Shown one piece after another: positions 36,201 to 49,600 of a DNA stretch of 64,000 nt; position 1 is the stretch's first letter, and each line of letters opens with the position of its first letter. The notes beneath the pieces were generated by a model. That model saw nothing but the letters and a program-made list of their open reading frames with translations. It was not told the origin of the DNA and made no database searches. Made by a program: the position numbers and the translations under genes. This stretch comes from the human T2T-CHM13v2.0 reference genome, Homo sapiens: the NCBI RefSeq assembly GCF_009914755.1, contig NC_060937.1, one strand, 5' to 3'.

Positions 36201-39200
36201 TTGAATGCAAACATCACAAAATAGTTTCCGAGAATGCTTCTGTCTAGTTTTTATGTGAAGATATTTCCTTTTCCACCCTAGGCCTCAAAGCGCTCCAAAT
36301 GTACACTTGCTGATTCTGCAAAAAGAGTGTTTCAAACCTGCTCTATGAAAAGGAAGGTTCAACTCTGTGAGTTGAATGCACACATCACTAAGAAGTTTCT
36401 GAGAATGCTTCTGTCTAGTGTTTATGTGATGATATTCCCGTTTCCAACGATGGCCTCAAATTAGTCCAAATATCCCCTTGCAGATTCCTCTATAAGAGTG
36501 CTTCAAAACTACTCTATGATAAGGTATGTTCAACTCTGTGAGTTGAATGCACACATCACAAAGTAGCTTCTCAGAATGCTTCTATCTAGTATTTACATGA
36601 AGCTGTTCCCTTTTCCAATGAAGGCCTCAAAGAGGTCCAAATTTCCACTTGCAGATTCTACTAAAAGAGTATTTCAAAACTGCTCTATGATAAAGTCTGT
36701 TCAACTCCGTGAGTTGAATGCACACATCACAAAGCAGTTTCTCAGAATGCTTCTGTCAAATTTTTATGTTAAGGTATTTTCTTTTCAACTTTAGGCCTCA
36801 AAGCAATCCAAATGTCCACTTGTAGTTTCTGCAAAAGAGTGTTTCAAACCTGCTCTATCAAAATAAAGGTTAAACTCTGTGAGTTTAATGCACACATCAC
36901 GAAGAAGTTTCTGAGAATGCTTTGGTCTAGTTTTTATGTGAAGATACTCTCCTTTCCAACAAAGGCATGAAAGCAGTTCAATTACCCACATGCAGATACT
37001 ACTAAAAGAGTGTTTCAAAACTGCTCTGTGATAAAGTTTGTTCAACTCTGAGAGTTGAATGAAAACGTCACAAAGAAGTTTCTGAGAATGCTTCTGTGTA
37101 GTTTTTGTGAGAAGATATTCCGTTTTCCACCATTGGAATAGAAGCGCTACAAATGTCCACTTGCAGATCCTGCAAAAAGTGTGTTTCATACCTGCTCTAT
37201 GAAAAGGAAGGTTCAACTTGGTGAGTTAAATGCACGCATCACAAAGAAATTTCTGAGAATGCTTCTGTCTAGTTTTTGTGTGAAGTTATTTCCTTTCCCA
37301 CCATATGCCTCAAAACTCTCCAAATGCACACATGCAGATTCTGCAAAAAGAGTGTTTCAAACGTGCACTATCAAAAGTTCATCTCTGTGAGTTGAATGCA
37401 CACATCACAAAGAAGTTTCTGAGAATGCTGCTGTCTAGTTTTTATGTGAAGGTATTCCTGTTTCTAATGAAGACCTCAAATCGGTCCAAATATCCACTTG
37501 CAGATTCTCCAAAAAGAGTGTTTCAAAACTGCTCTATGATAAGGAAAGTTCAACTGTGTCAGTTGAATGCAAACATCACAAAGAAGTTTCATAGAATGCT
37601 TCTGTCTAGTTTTTATGAGAAGATATTTCATTTTCCACAATAGGCCTCAAAGCACCCCAAATGTCAAGTTTCAGATTCTACAAAAAGAGTGTTTCAAACC
37701 TGCTCTAGGATAAAGTATGTTCAACTCTGAGAATTGAAGGCAAACATCAAAAAGAAGTTTCTGAGAATGCTGCTGTTTAGTATTAATATGAAGATATTTC
37801 CTTTTCCACCATAGGCATCAAATCGCTCATAATGTCCACTTGCAGATTCTGCAAAAAGAGTGTTAAACCTGCTCTATCAATAGAAAGGGTCAACTCTCTG
37901 AGTTGAATGCACACATCAAAAAGCATTTTCCTAGAATGCTTCTGTCTAGTTTTTATGTGAAGAAACTACTGTTTCCAGGGAAGGCCTCAAAGCTGTCCAA
38001 ATATCCACTTGCAAATTCTACAAAAAGAGTGTTTCAAATCTGCTCCATCAAAAGAAAATTTCAACTCTGTGAGTTGAATGCACACAGCACAAAGAAGTTT
38101 TTGAGAAAGCTTCATTGTGTGAAGATACTCCCATTTCCAACGAAGACCTCAAAGCAGTCCAATTATACACTTGCAGATACTACAAAAAGAGTGTTTCAAA
38201 ACTGATCTATGATAAAGTATGTTAAACTCTTGAGAGTTGAATGCAAAAGTCACAAATAAGTTTATGAGAATGCTTCTGTCTAGTTTTTATGTGAAGATAT
38301 TTCCTTTTCCTCCATAGGACACAAAGCACTCCTAATGTCCACTTGTAGATTCTGCAAAAGAGTGTTTCAAACCTGCTCTATAAAAAAAAAAAGGTTCAAC
38401 TCTGTGAGTTGGATACACACAGCACAAAGAACTTTCTGTGAAAGCATCATTATGTAAAGATACTCCCGTTTCCAACGAAGGCCTCAAAGCCCTCCAATTA
38501 TCCACTTGCAGATACTACTAAAAGAGTGTTTCAAAACTGCTGTATGATAAAGTATGTTAGACTCTGAGAGGTGAATGCAAACGTCACAAATAAGTTTATG
38601 AGAATGCTTCTGTCTAGTTTTTATGTGAAGATATATCCTTTTCCACCATAAGCCTCAAAGAGCTCCACATGTCCACTTGCGGATCCTGCAAAAAGAGTGT
38701 TTCAACCCTGCTCTATGAAAAGGAAGGTTCGACTCTGTGAGTTGAATGGACACATCAAAAAGTAGTTTCTGAGAATGCTTCTGTCTAGTTTTTATGTGAA
38801 GATATTGCAGTTTCCAATGAAGGCCTCAAAGCGGTCCAAATATCCACTTGCAGATTCTACGAAAATAGTGTTTCAAAACTACTCTATGAAAAGGGAGGTT
38901 CAACTCTGTGAGTTGAATGCAAACATCACAAAGAAGTTTCTGACATTGCTTCTGTCTAGTTTTTATTTATAGACGTTTCCTTTTCCACCATAGGCCTCCA
39001 AGCTCTCCAAATGTCTGCTTGCAGATTCTACAAAAAAAGTGCTTCAAACCTGCTCTATCAAAAGAAAGGTTCAATTTTGTGACTGGAATGCACACATCAC
39101 AAAGAGGTTTCTGAGAATAATTTTGTCTAGTGTTTATGTGAAGATATCCCCTTTTCCAACGAAGGCCTCAAAGCGGTTCAAATATCCACTTGCAGATTCT

Positions 39201-42200
39201 ACAAAGAGAGTGTTTCAAACCTGCTCTATCAAAAGGAAGGTTCAACTCTGTGAGTTGAATGCACACAGTTCAAAAAAGTTTTTGAGAAAGCTTCTGTCTA
39301 GTGATTATGTGAAGATATTCCCCTTTCCAACAAAGGCCTCAAAGTGGTCCAAATATTCACTTGCAGATTCTACAAAAAGAGTGTTTCAAAACTGCTCTAT
39401 GAAAAGGTGTGTTCAACTCTATGAGTTGAATGCAAACATCACAATGTAGTTCCTTAGAATTCTTCTGTCTGGTTTTTATTTACATATATTTCCTTATCCA
39501 CCATAGGCCTCATAGCTCTAAAAATGTCCGGTGCCGATTCTACAGAAAGAGTGTTTCAAACATGCTCTATCAAAAGAAAGATTCAACTCTGTGAGTTGAA
39601 TGCACATATCACAAAGAATTTTCGGAGAATGCTTCCGTCTAGTGTTTATGTGAAGATATTCCCGTTTCCAAAGAAGGCCTCCAAGCGGTCCAAATATACA
39701 TTTCCAGATTCTACAAAAAGAGTGTTTCAAAACTGCTCTATCAAAAGAAAGGTACAACTTTGTGAGTAGAATGCACACATCACAAAGAAGTTTCTGAGCA
39801 TGCTTCTCTCTAGTTTTTATGTGAAGATATTTACTTTTCCACCTCAATGCTCTCAAATGTCCACTTGCAGATTCTACAAAAAGAGTGTTTCAAACATGCT
39901 CTATCAAAAGAAAGTTTCAACTCTTGGGGTTGAATGCACACATCACAAAGAAGTTTCTGAGAATGATTCTGCCTGTTTTTGTGTGAACATATTCCCGTTT
40001 CCAACAAAGGTCTCAAAGCGTTTCAAATATCCACTTGCATATTCTACGAAAAGAGTGTTTCAAAACTACTCTATGGAAAGGTATCTTCAACTCTGTGAGT
40101 TGAATGCAAACATCATAAAGAATTTTCTGAGAATTCTTCTCTCTTATTTTTATATGAAGATATAACCTTTTCCACCATAGGCCTCAAAGCTCTCCAAATG
40201 TCAACTTGCAGATTCTACAAAAAGAGTGTTTCAAAGCTGCTCTATCAAAAGAAAGGTTCGACTCTTTGAGTTTAATGCACGCATGACAAAGAAGTTTTTG
40301 AGAATGCTTCTGTCTAGTGTTTATGTGAAGACATTCCCGTTTCCAATGAAGGCTTCATAGCGGTCCAAATATCCACTTGCAGATTCTATAAAAAGAGTGT
40401 CTCAAAATTGCTCCAAGGGAAGGTATCTTCAATTCTGTGAGTTGAATGCAAACATCACAAAGACGTTTCTGAGAACGCTTCTGTCTAGTTTTTGTGTGAA
40501 GATATTTCCTTTTCCACCATAGGACTCAAAGCTCTACAAATGTCCACTTGCAGATACTAAGAAAAAAATGTTTCAAACCTGCTCTATGAAAAGAGAGGTT
40601 CATCTCTGTGAGTTGAATGCACACATCACAAAGAAGTTTCTGAGAACGTTTCTCTCTAGTTTAGATGGGAAGATACTTCCTTTTCCACCATAGGCCTCAA
40701 AGCTCTCCAAATGTCCACTTCAGATTCTACAAAATGAATGTTTCAAACATGCTCTATCAAAAGAAAGGTTCAACTCTGTGAGTTGAATGCACACATCACA
40801 AACAAGTTTATGAGAATGCTTCCGTCTAGTTTTTATGTGAAGATATATCCTTTTCCACCATAGGACTCAAAGAGCTCCAAATGTCCACTTGCAGATCCTG
40901 CAAAAAGAGTGTTTCAACCCTGCTCTATGAAAAGAAGGGTTCAATTCTGTGAGTTCAATGCATACATCAAAAGTAGTTTCTCAGAATGCTTCTGTCTAGT
41001 TTTTAATGTGAAGATATTCCCGTTTCCAATGAAGGCCTCAAAGCAGTCCAAACATCCACTTGCAGATTATAAGAAAAGAGTGTTTCAAAATTGCTCTATG
41101 AAAAAGGAGGTTTAACTCTGTGAGTTGAATGCAAACATCACAAAGAAGTTTCTGAAAATGCTTCTGTCTAGTTTTTATTTATAGATATTTCCTTTTCCAC
41201 CATAGGCCTCAAAGCTCTCAAAATGTGCACTTGCAGATTCTACCAACAGAGTGTTTCAAAGCTGCTCTATCAAAAGAAAGGTTCAACTCTGTGAGTTAAG
41301 TGCACACATTACAAAGGGGTTTCTGAGAATGCTTCTTTCCACGTTTTATGTGAAGATATTTCCTTTTCCACTATAGACCTCAAAGCACTCCAAATGTCCA
41401 CTTGCAGATTCTACAAAAAGATTGTTTCAAAGCTGCTCTATCAAAAGAAAGTTTCAAATCCGTATGTTCAATCCACACAGCACAAAGATGTTTCTGAGAA
41501 AGCTTCTGTCTAGTGATTATGTGAAGATACTCCAGTTTCCAAGGAAGGCCTCAAAGCTGTCCAAATATCCACCTGCAGATTCTACTAAAAGAGTGTTTCA
41601 AAACTGTTCTAAGATAAAGTCTGTTCAACTCCATGAGTTGACTACACACATCACAAAGTAGTCTTAGAGAATGCTTCTGTATACTTTTTATGTGAAGATA
41701 TTTCCTTTTCCACCGTAGGCATCAAAGGGCTCGAATTGTCCACTTGTAGGTTCTGCAAAAGAGTGTTTCAAACCTGCTCTATAAAAACAAAGGTTCAACT
41801 CTGTGAGTTTAATTCGCACATCACAAAGAAGTTTCTCAGAATGCTTCTGTCTAGTTTTTATGTGAAGCTATTTCCTTTTCCACCATAGGCCTCAAAGCAG
41901 TTCAAATGTCAACTTGTAGATCCTACAAAAAGAGTGTTTCAAAACTTCTCTATGAAAAGGAAAGTTTAACTCTGTAAGTTTAATGAAAACACCACAAAGA
42001 AGTTTCTGAGAATGCTTCTGTCTAGTTTTTATGTGAAGATATTTCCTTTTCCACCATAGGCCTCAAATCGCTCCAAATGTCCACTTGCAGATTCTACAAA
42101 GAGAGTGTTTCAAACCAGCTCTATCAAAGGAAAGGTTCAACTCTGTGATTTGAATGCACACATCACAAAGGAGTTTCTGAGAATGCTTCTCTCTAGTGTT

Positions 42201-43200
42201 TATGTGTAGATATTCCTGTTTCCAATGAAGGCCACAAAGCGGTCTAAATATCCACTTGCAGATTCTACAAAAAGTGTGTTTCCAAACTGCTCCATAAAAA
42301 TGTATGTTCAACTCTGTGAGTTAAATGCAAACATCCTGAAGAAGTTTCTGAGAATGCTTCTGTCTAGTTTTTGTGTGAAGATATTTCCTTTTCCACCATA
42401 TGCCTCAAAGCTCTCCAAATGTCAACTTGCAGATTCTACAAAAAGAGTGTTTCAAACCTGCTCTATCAAAAGAAAAGTTCAACTCTGTGAGTTGAACCTC
42501 ACTAAGAGGTTTCAGAGAATGCTTCTGTCTAATCTTTATGTGAAGGTATTCCCGTTTCCAACGAAGGCCTCAGAGCGGTCCAAATATCCACTTATGAAGT
42601 CTACTAAAAGAGTGTTTCAAAACTGCTCTATGATAAGATATGTTCAAATCTGTGAGTTGAATGCAAACATCACAAAGAAGTTTCTGAGAATGCTTCTGTC
42701 TAGTTTTTATGTGAAGTTATTTCCTTTTCCACCACTGGCCTCAAAGCACTGCAAGTGTCCACTTGCAGATTCTACAAAAAGAGTATTTCAAACCTGCTCT
42801 ATCAAAAGAAAGGTTCAACTCTCTGAGTTGAATGCACACTTCACAAAGAAGTTTCCGAGAATTCTTCTGTCTGGTTTTTATGTGAAAATATTTCCATTTC
42901 CACCGTAGGCCTCAGAGCGATCAAAATGTCCACTTGCAGATTATACAAAAACAGTGTCTCAAAACTGCTCTATCAAAAAGAAGGTTCAACTCTGTGAATT
43001 GAATGCACACATCACAAAGAAGTTTCTGAGAATGCTTCTGTCTAGTGTTTATGTGAAGGTATTCCCGTTTCCCCTGAAGGCCTCAAAGCACTCCAAATAT
43101 CCAGTTGCAGATTCTACAAAAAGTGTGTTTCAAAATTGTTCTGTCAAGAGGAATGGTGAACTCTGTGAGTTGAATCACAAATCACAAAGAAGTTTCTGAG
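27206..43200 (-). repeat. SF5-like (R1/R2) divergent alpha satellite with irregular A/B alternation
   Basis: Switch to CTGTGAGTTG and TTTTATGTGAAG. B-type GATATTCCCGTTTCCAACGAAGGCCTC and A-type GATATTTCCTTTTCCACCATAGGCCTC monomers are mixed irregularly. The family name is inferred from these motifs. Confidence 0.75.
33778..34115. repeat. Near-perfect tandem duplication of one 169-bp monomer
   Basis: 33778-33946 versus 33947-34115 show one mismatch seen by eye (TTTTCTTTTCC/TTTCCTTTTCC); TCAAA lies at each boundary. Confidence 0.93.
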
Positions 43201-46200
43201 AATGTTTCTGTCTAGTTTTTGTGTGATGATATTTCCTTTTCTAACATAGGCCTCAGAGCAGTCCAAGTATCCACTTGCAGATTCTACAAAAAGAGTGCTG
43301 CAAAACTGCTCTGACTAAAGGAATGTTCAACTCTTTGAGTTGAATGCACACATCACAAAGTAGTTTCTGTGAATGCTTCTATCTAGTTTCTGTGTGAACA
43401 TATTTCCTTTTCTACCATAGGCCTCAAAGTGCTCCAAATATCCACCCGCAGATTCTACAAAAAGAGTGTTTCAAAACTGCTCTACCAAAAGGAAGTTTCA
43501 AGTCTCTGAGTTTAATGCACACAGCACAAAGAAGTTTCTCTGACTACTTCTGTGTTGTTTTTATTTAAAGATATTTCCTTTTCCAACACAGGGCCCAAAG
43601 GGCTCCAAATATCCACTTGCAGTTTCTTCAAAAAAGAGATTCTAAACTGACCAATCAAAAGATAGGTTCATCTCTGTGAGTTGAATGCATACATCACAAA
43701 GCAGTTTCTCTGAATGGTTCTGTGTAGTTTTAATTAAAGATAATTCCTTTTCCACCATAGGGCACAAATGGCTCCAAATATCCACTTGTAGATTCTACAA
43801 AACCAGAGATTCAAAACTGCTCATTGAGAAGATAATTTCAACTCAGTGATTTGAATGTACACATCACGAAGAAGTTTCTTAGAATGCTTCTGTGCAGTTT
43901 TTATTGACGATATTTCCTTTTTCACCATAGGGCGCATAGAGCTCCAAATATCCTCTTGCAGAGTCTAGAAAAAGAGAAACTCTAAACTGCTCAATCAACA
44001 GATAGGTTCAACTCTGTAAGTTGAATGCCCACATCACAAAGAAGTTTCTCAGAATGCTTCTGAGTAGTTTTTATGTGAAGGTGTTTCCTTTTCCACAATA
44101 GGCCTCAAAGTTCTCCAAATATCCACTTGAAGATTCTACAAAAAAGGTGTTTCAAAACTGCGCAATGAAAAGAAAGGTTCAACCCTGTGAGATGAATGCA
44201 CATATCACAAAGAAGTTTCTCAGAATGCTTCTGTGTTGTTTTTATGTGAAGATATTTCCTTACCACTATGGGCCTCAGTGGGCTCCAAATATCCACTTCC
44301 ATATTCTACAAAAAGAGTGTTTCAAAACTGCTCAATCATGAGACAAAATTCATCCCTGTGAGATGAATTCACACGTCATGAAGTAGTTTCTCAGAATGCT
44401 TCTGTGTAATTTTTATGTGAGGATATTTGCTTTTCCACAGTAGGCCTCAAGGGGCTCCAAATATCCACCTGCAGATTCTGCAAAAAGAGAGGTTCAAAAC
44501 TGCTCAATCAAAAGATACTTTCAACTCTGTGAGTTGAATGCACACATCACAAAGAAGTTTGTCTGAATGCTTCTGTGTAGTTTTTATTTCAAGATTTTCC
44601 TTTTCCACCATAGGGCTCAAAGGGCTCCAAATATCCACTTGCAGATTCTACAAAAAGAGAGATTCAAAACTGCTCAATGAGAAGATAAGATCAACTCTGT
44701 GAGTTGAATGCACACCTCACAAAGAAGTTTCTCAGAATGCTTCTGTGTAGTTTTTATGTGAAGATATTTCCTTTTCCACAATAGTCCTCAAAGCTCTCCA
44801 AACATCCACTAACAGATTCTGCAAAAAGAGAGATTCAAAACTGCTCAATCAAAAGGTTCAACTCTGTGAGTTGAATGCAAACATCACAAAGAAGTTTCTC
44901 AGAATGCTTCTGTGTAGTTTTTATGTGAACATATTTGATTTTCCACAGTAAGCCTCAAAAGGCTCCAAATATCCACCTGCAGATTCTGCAAAAAGAGGTA
45001 TTCAAAACTGCTCAATCAAAAGATAGGATCAACTCTGTGAGTTGAATGTATATACCACAAAGAAGTTTCTCTGAATGGTTCTGCGTAGTTTTATTTGCAG
45101 ATATTTCCTTTTCCACAATAGGGTGAAAGGGCTCCAAACATCCACTTCCAGATTCTACAAAACAGAGATTGAAAACTACCCAATGAGAAGATAAGTTCAA
45201 CTCAGTCAGTTGAATGCACACATCATGAAGAAGTTTCTTAGAATGCTTCTGTGTAGTTTTTATTGAAGATATTTCCTTTTCAACCATAGGGTGCAAAGGG
45301 CTCCAAATATCCACTTGCAGATTCTAGAAAAAGAGTGACTCTAAGTTGCTCAATCAAAAGATAGGTTCAACTCTGTGAGTTGAATGCCCATATCACAAAG
45401 AAGTTTCTCAGAATGCTTCTGTGTAGTTTTTATGTGAAGATATTTCCTTTTCCACCATAGGCCTCAAAGCTCTCCCAATATCCACTTGCAGATTCTGCAA
45501 AGAGAGATTCAAAACTGCTCAATTGAAAGACAGGTTGAACTCTGTGAGTTGAATGCACACAGCACAAAGAAGTTTCTCAGAATGCTTCTCTGTAGTTCTT
45601 ATGTGAACATAATTGATTTTCCACAGTAGGCCTCACAGCACTCCAAATTTCCACTTGCAGATTCTACAAAAAGAGAGATTCAAAACTGTTCAATCAAAAG
45701 ATAGGTTCAACTCTGTGAGTTGAACGCATACATCGTGAAGAAGTTTCTCAGAATGCTTCTGTGTAGTTCTTATTTGAAGATATTTGGTTTTCCACTGTAG
45801 GCCTCAAAGCGCTCCAAATATCCACTTGAAGATCCTACAAAAAGAGTGTTTCAAAACTGCTCAATCATAACCTAGGTTCAACCCTGTGAGATGAATGCAC
45901 ACATCACAAAGCAGTTTCTCTGAGTGATTCTGTATAGTTTTTATTTGAGGATATTTCCTTTTCCATCATAGGGTGCAAAGGGCTCCAAATATCCACGTGG
46001 ATATTCTACCAAAAGATAAATTCAAAAATTGCTCAATGAGAAGATAAGTTCAACTCTGTGAGTTGAATGCACACCTCACAAAGTAGTTTCTCACAATGCT
46101 TCTGCATAGTTTTTATGTGAAGATATTTGCTTTTCCACTGTAGGCCTCAAAGGGCTCAAAATATCCACCTTCAGATAGTGCAAAAAGAGAGATTCAAAAC

Positions 46201-46690
46201 TGCTCAATCAAAAGATAGCTTCAACTCTGTGAGTTGAGTGCACATATCACAAAGAAGTTTCTCTGAATGCTACTGCATAGTTTTTATTTCAAGATATTTC
46301 CTTTTCCAACATAGGGCGCAAAGGTCTTCAAATATCCACTTGCAGATTCTACAAAAAGAGAGATTGAAAACTCCTCAAAGAGAAGATAATTTCAACTCTA
46401 TGAGTTGAATGCACACCTCACAAAGTAGTTTCTCAGAATGCTTCTGTGTAGTTTTTACGTGAAGATATTTCCTTTTCCACAATAGGCCTCAAAGCTTTCC
46501 AAACATACACTTGTAGTTTCTGCAAAAAGAGAGATTCAAAACTGCTCAATCAAAACGTAGTTTCAACTCTGTGAGTTGAATGCAAACATCACTATGGTGT
46601 TTCTCAGAATGTTTCTGAGTAGTTTTTATGTGAAGGTATTTCCTTTTCCACAATAGGCCTCAAAAGGCTCCAAATATCCACTTGCAGATT
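43200..46690 (-). repeat. A-type-only monomeric layer 1 (SF4-type or older), no CENP-B boxes
   Basis: Markers TTCTCAGAATGCTTCTGTGTAG, GGGCTCCAAATATCC, GAGAGATTCAAAACTGCTCAAT and GAGAAGATAA; no CCCG..CGAA motif seen. Confidence 0.7.
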
Positions 46691-49600
46691 CCACGAAGAG
46701 AGTGTTCCAAAACTGCTCAATCAAAAGAAAGTTTCAACTCTGTGAGATGAATGCACACATCACAAAGGAGTTTCTGAAATTTCTTCCTTCTAGATTTTAT
46801 GTGAAGATATTTCCTTTTCTATCATAGGCCGCAAAGCGCTCCAAATGTCCACTTGCCGATTCTACAAAAAGGGTATTTCCAAACTACACAATCAAAAGAA
46901 AGTTTCAACTCTGTTAGCTCAACGTACACATCATAAAAAAGATTATCAGAATTCTTCTGTTTTTTTGTGTGAAGATATTTCCTTTTCCAACTTAAGCCTC
47001 AAGGTGCTTGAAATGTCCCCTTGCAGATTCTCCAAAAAGAGTATTTGAAAACTGGTTCTCCTAAAGAAAGTTGGAACTCCAGGGGATGAATGCAGACATC
47101 ACACAGAACTTTTTCAGAATGCTTCTATCTACTTTTTATGTGAAGATATTTCCTTCTCCACCACAGGCCTCAAAGCCCTGCCAAATGTCCACTTGCAGAT
47201 CCTACAAAAAGAGAGTTTCCAATCTGCTCAATCAAAAGAAAGGTTTAACTCCGTGAGATTAATGCACGCATCACAAAGAAGTTTCTCAGATTGCTTCTGT
47301 CTAGATTTTATGTGAAGATATTTCCTTTTCTACCATTGGCTGCAAAGAGTTCCAAATGTCCACTTGCAGATTCTACAAAAAGAGTGTTTCCAAACTACTT
47401 AATGAAAAGAAACGTTCAACTCCGTGAGATGAACACACTCATCACAAAGAAGTTTCTCAGAATTCTTCTAATTTTTATGTGAAGATATTTCCTGTTCCAC
47501 CATAGGCCTGAAGACACTCTAAATGTCCGCTTGCAGATTCTACAAAAAGAGAGTTTCAAAACTGCTCAATCAAAAGGAAGGGTTATCTCTGTGAGATGAA
47601 TGCATATATCACAAACAAGTTTCTCATATTTCTTCTGTCTAGATTTTACGTGAAGATATTTACTTTTCTACCATAGACCGCAAATCGCTCCAAATGTCCA
47701 CTTGCAGACTCTACAAGAAATAGTGGTACCAAACTGCTCAATTGAAAGAACGGTTCCACTCTGTGAGAAGAACGCACACATCACAAAGAAGTTTGTCAGA
47801 ATTCTTCTTTCTAGTTTTTATGTGAAGATATTTCCTTTTCCACCATAGGCCTCAAAGCGTTCAAAATGTCCACTTGCAGATTCTACAAAAAGAGAGTTTC
47901 AAAACTGCTGAATCAAAAGAAAGTTTAAACTCTGTGAGATGAATGCACCCATCACTAAGAAGTTTCTCCGATTGTTTCTCTCTAGATTTTATGTGAAGGT
48001 ATTACTTTTTCTACCATAGGTCGCAAAGCGCTTCAAATATCCATTTGCAGATTCTACAAAAAAGAGTGTTTCCAAACTGCTCAATCAAAAGAAAGGTTCA
48101 AGTCTGTGAGATGAATGCACACATTCCCAAGAAGTTTGTCAGAATTCTTCTGTCTAGTTTTTATGTGAAGATATTACCTTTTCCACCATAGGCCTCAAAG
48201 CGCTCCAAATGTCCACTTGCAGATTCTACGAAAAGAGAGTTTCAAAACTGCTCAATCAAAAGAAAGGTTTAACTCTGTGAGATGAATGCACACATCACAA
48301 AGAAGTTTCTCAGATTGTTTCTGTCTAGATTTTATGTGAAGATATTTCTGTTTCAACAATAGGCCGCAAAGCGTTGCAAATGTCCACTTGCAGATTCTAC
48401 AAAAAGAGTGTTTCCAAACTGCTCAATCAAAAGAAAATTTCAGCTTTGTGAGATGAACGCACACATCACAAAGAAGATTATCAGAATTCTTCTGTCTAGT
48501 TTTTATGTGAAGCTATTTCCTTTTCCACCATAGGCCTCTAAACGCTCCAAATGTCCACTTCGAGATTCTACAAAAAGAGTGTTTCCAAACTGCTCAATCA
48601 AAAGAAAAGTTTAACTCTGTGAGATGAATGCACACATCACAAATAAGTTTCTCAGATGGGTTCTGTCTAGATTTTATGTGAAGATATTTCCTTTTCTACC
48701 ATATGCCACATAGTTCTCCAAATGTCCACTTGCATATTCTACAGAAAGAGTGTTTCCAAACTGTTCAATCAAAAGATAGGTTCAAATCTGTGACATGAAT
48801 GCACACGTCCCAAAGAAGTTTCTCAGAATTCTTCTGTCTAGTTTTTATGTGCAGATATTTCCTTTTCCACTGTTGGCCTCAAAGAACTCCAAATATCCAC
48901 TAGCGGATTCTACAAAAACAGAACTTCAATACTGCTCAATCAGAAGAAAAGTTTAACTCCATGAGATGAATGCACACATCACAAAGAAGTTTCTCAGATT
49001 TCTTCTGTCTAGACTTTATGTGAAGATATTTCCTTTTCTACTACTGGACTCAAAGCGCTCCGAATGTGCACTTGCAGATTCTACAAAAGAGTGTTTCTAA
49101 CCTGCTGTATCAAAAGAAAGTTTCAACTATGGGGGATGAAAGCACGCATCACAAAGAAGTTTTTCAGAATTCTTCTGTCTAGTTTTTATGTGAAGAGGTT
49201 TCCTTTTCTACCACAGGCCTAAAAGGGCTCGAAATGTCCACTTGCAGATACTACAAAAAGAGAGTTTCAAAACTGCTCAATAAAAAGAAAGGTTTAACTC
49301 TGTGAGATGAATGCACACATCACAAAGAAGTTTGTCAGATTGCTTCTGTCTAGATTTTATGTGAAGATATTTCCTTTTCTACCAAAGGCCGCAAAGCGCT
49401 AAAATTGTGCACATGTAGATTCTACAAAAAGAGTGTTTCCAAACAGCCCAATGAAAAGAAACTTTCAACTCTGTGTGATGAATGCACGCATCACAAAGTG
49501 ATTTCATAGTATTCTTCTGTCTAGTTTTTATGTGAAGATATTTCCTTTTCCACCACAGTTCTCAAAGAGCTTCAAATGTCCACTTGCAGATTGTTCAAAA

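Noticed and set aside
38382-38392. A11 run as a retroposon tail
   Set aside because: It replaces the monomer's CAAAAGAAA in register, with no TSD or inserted body.
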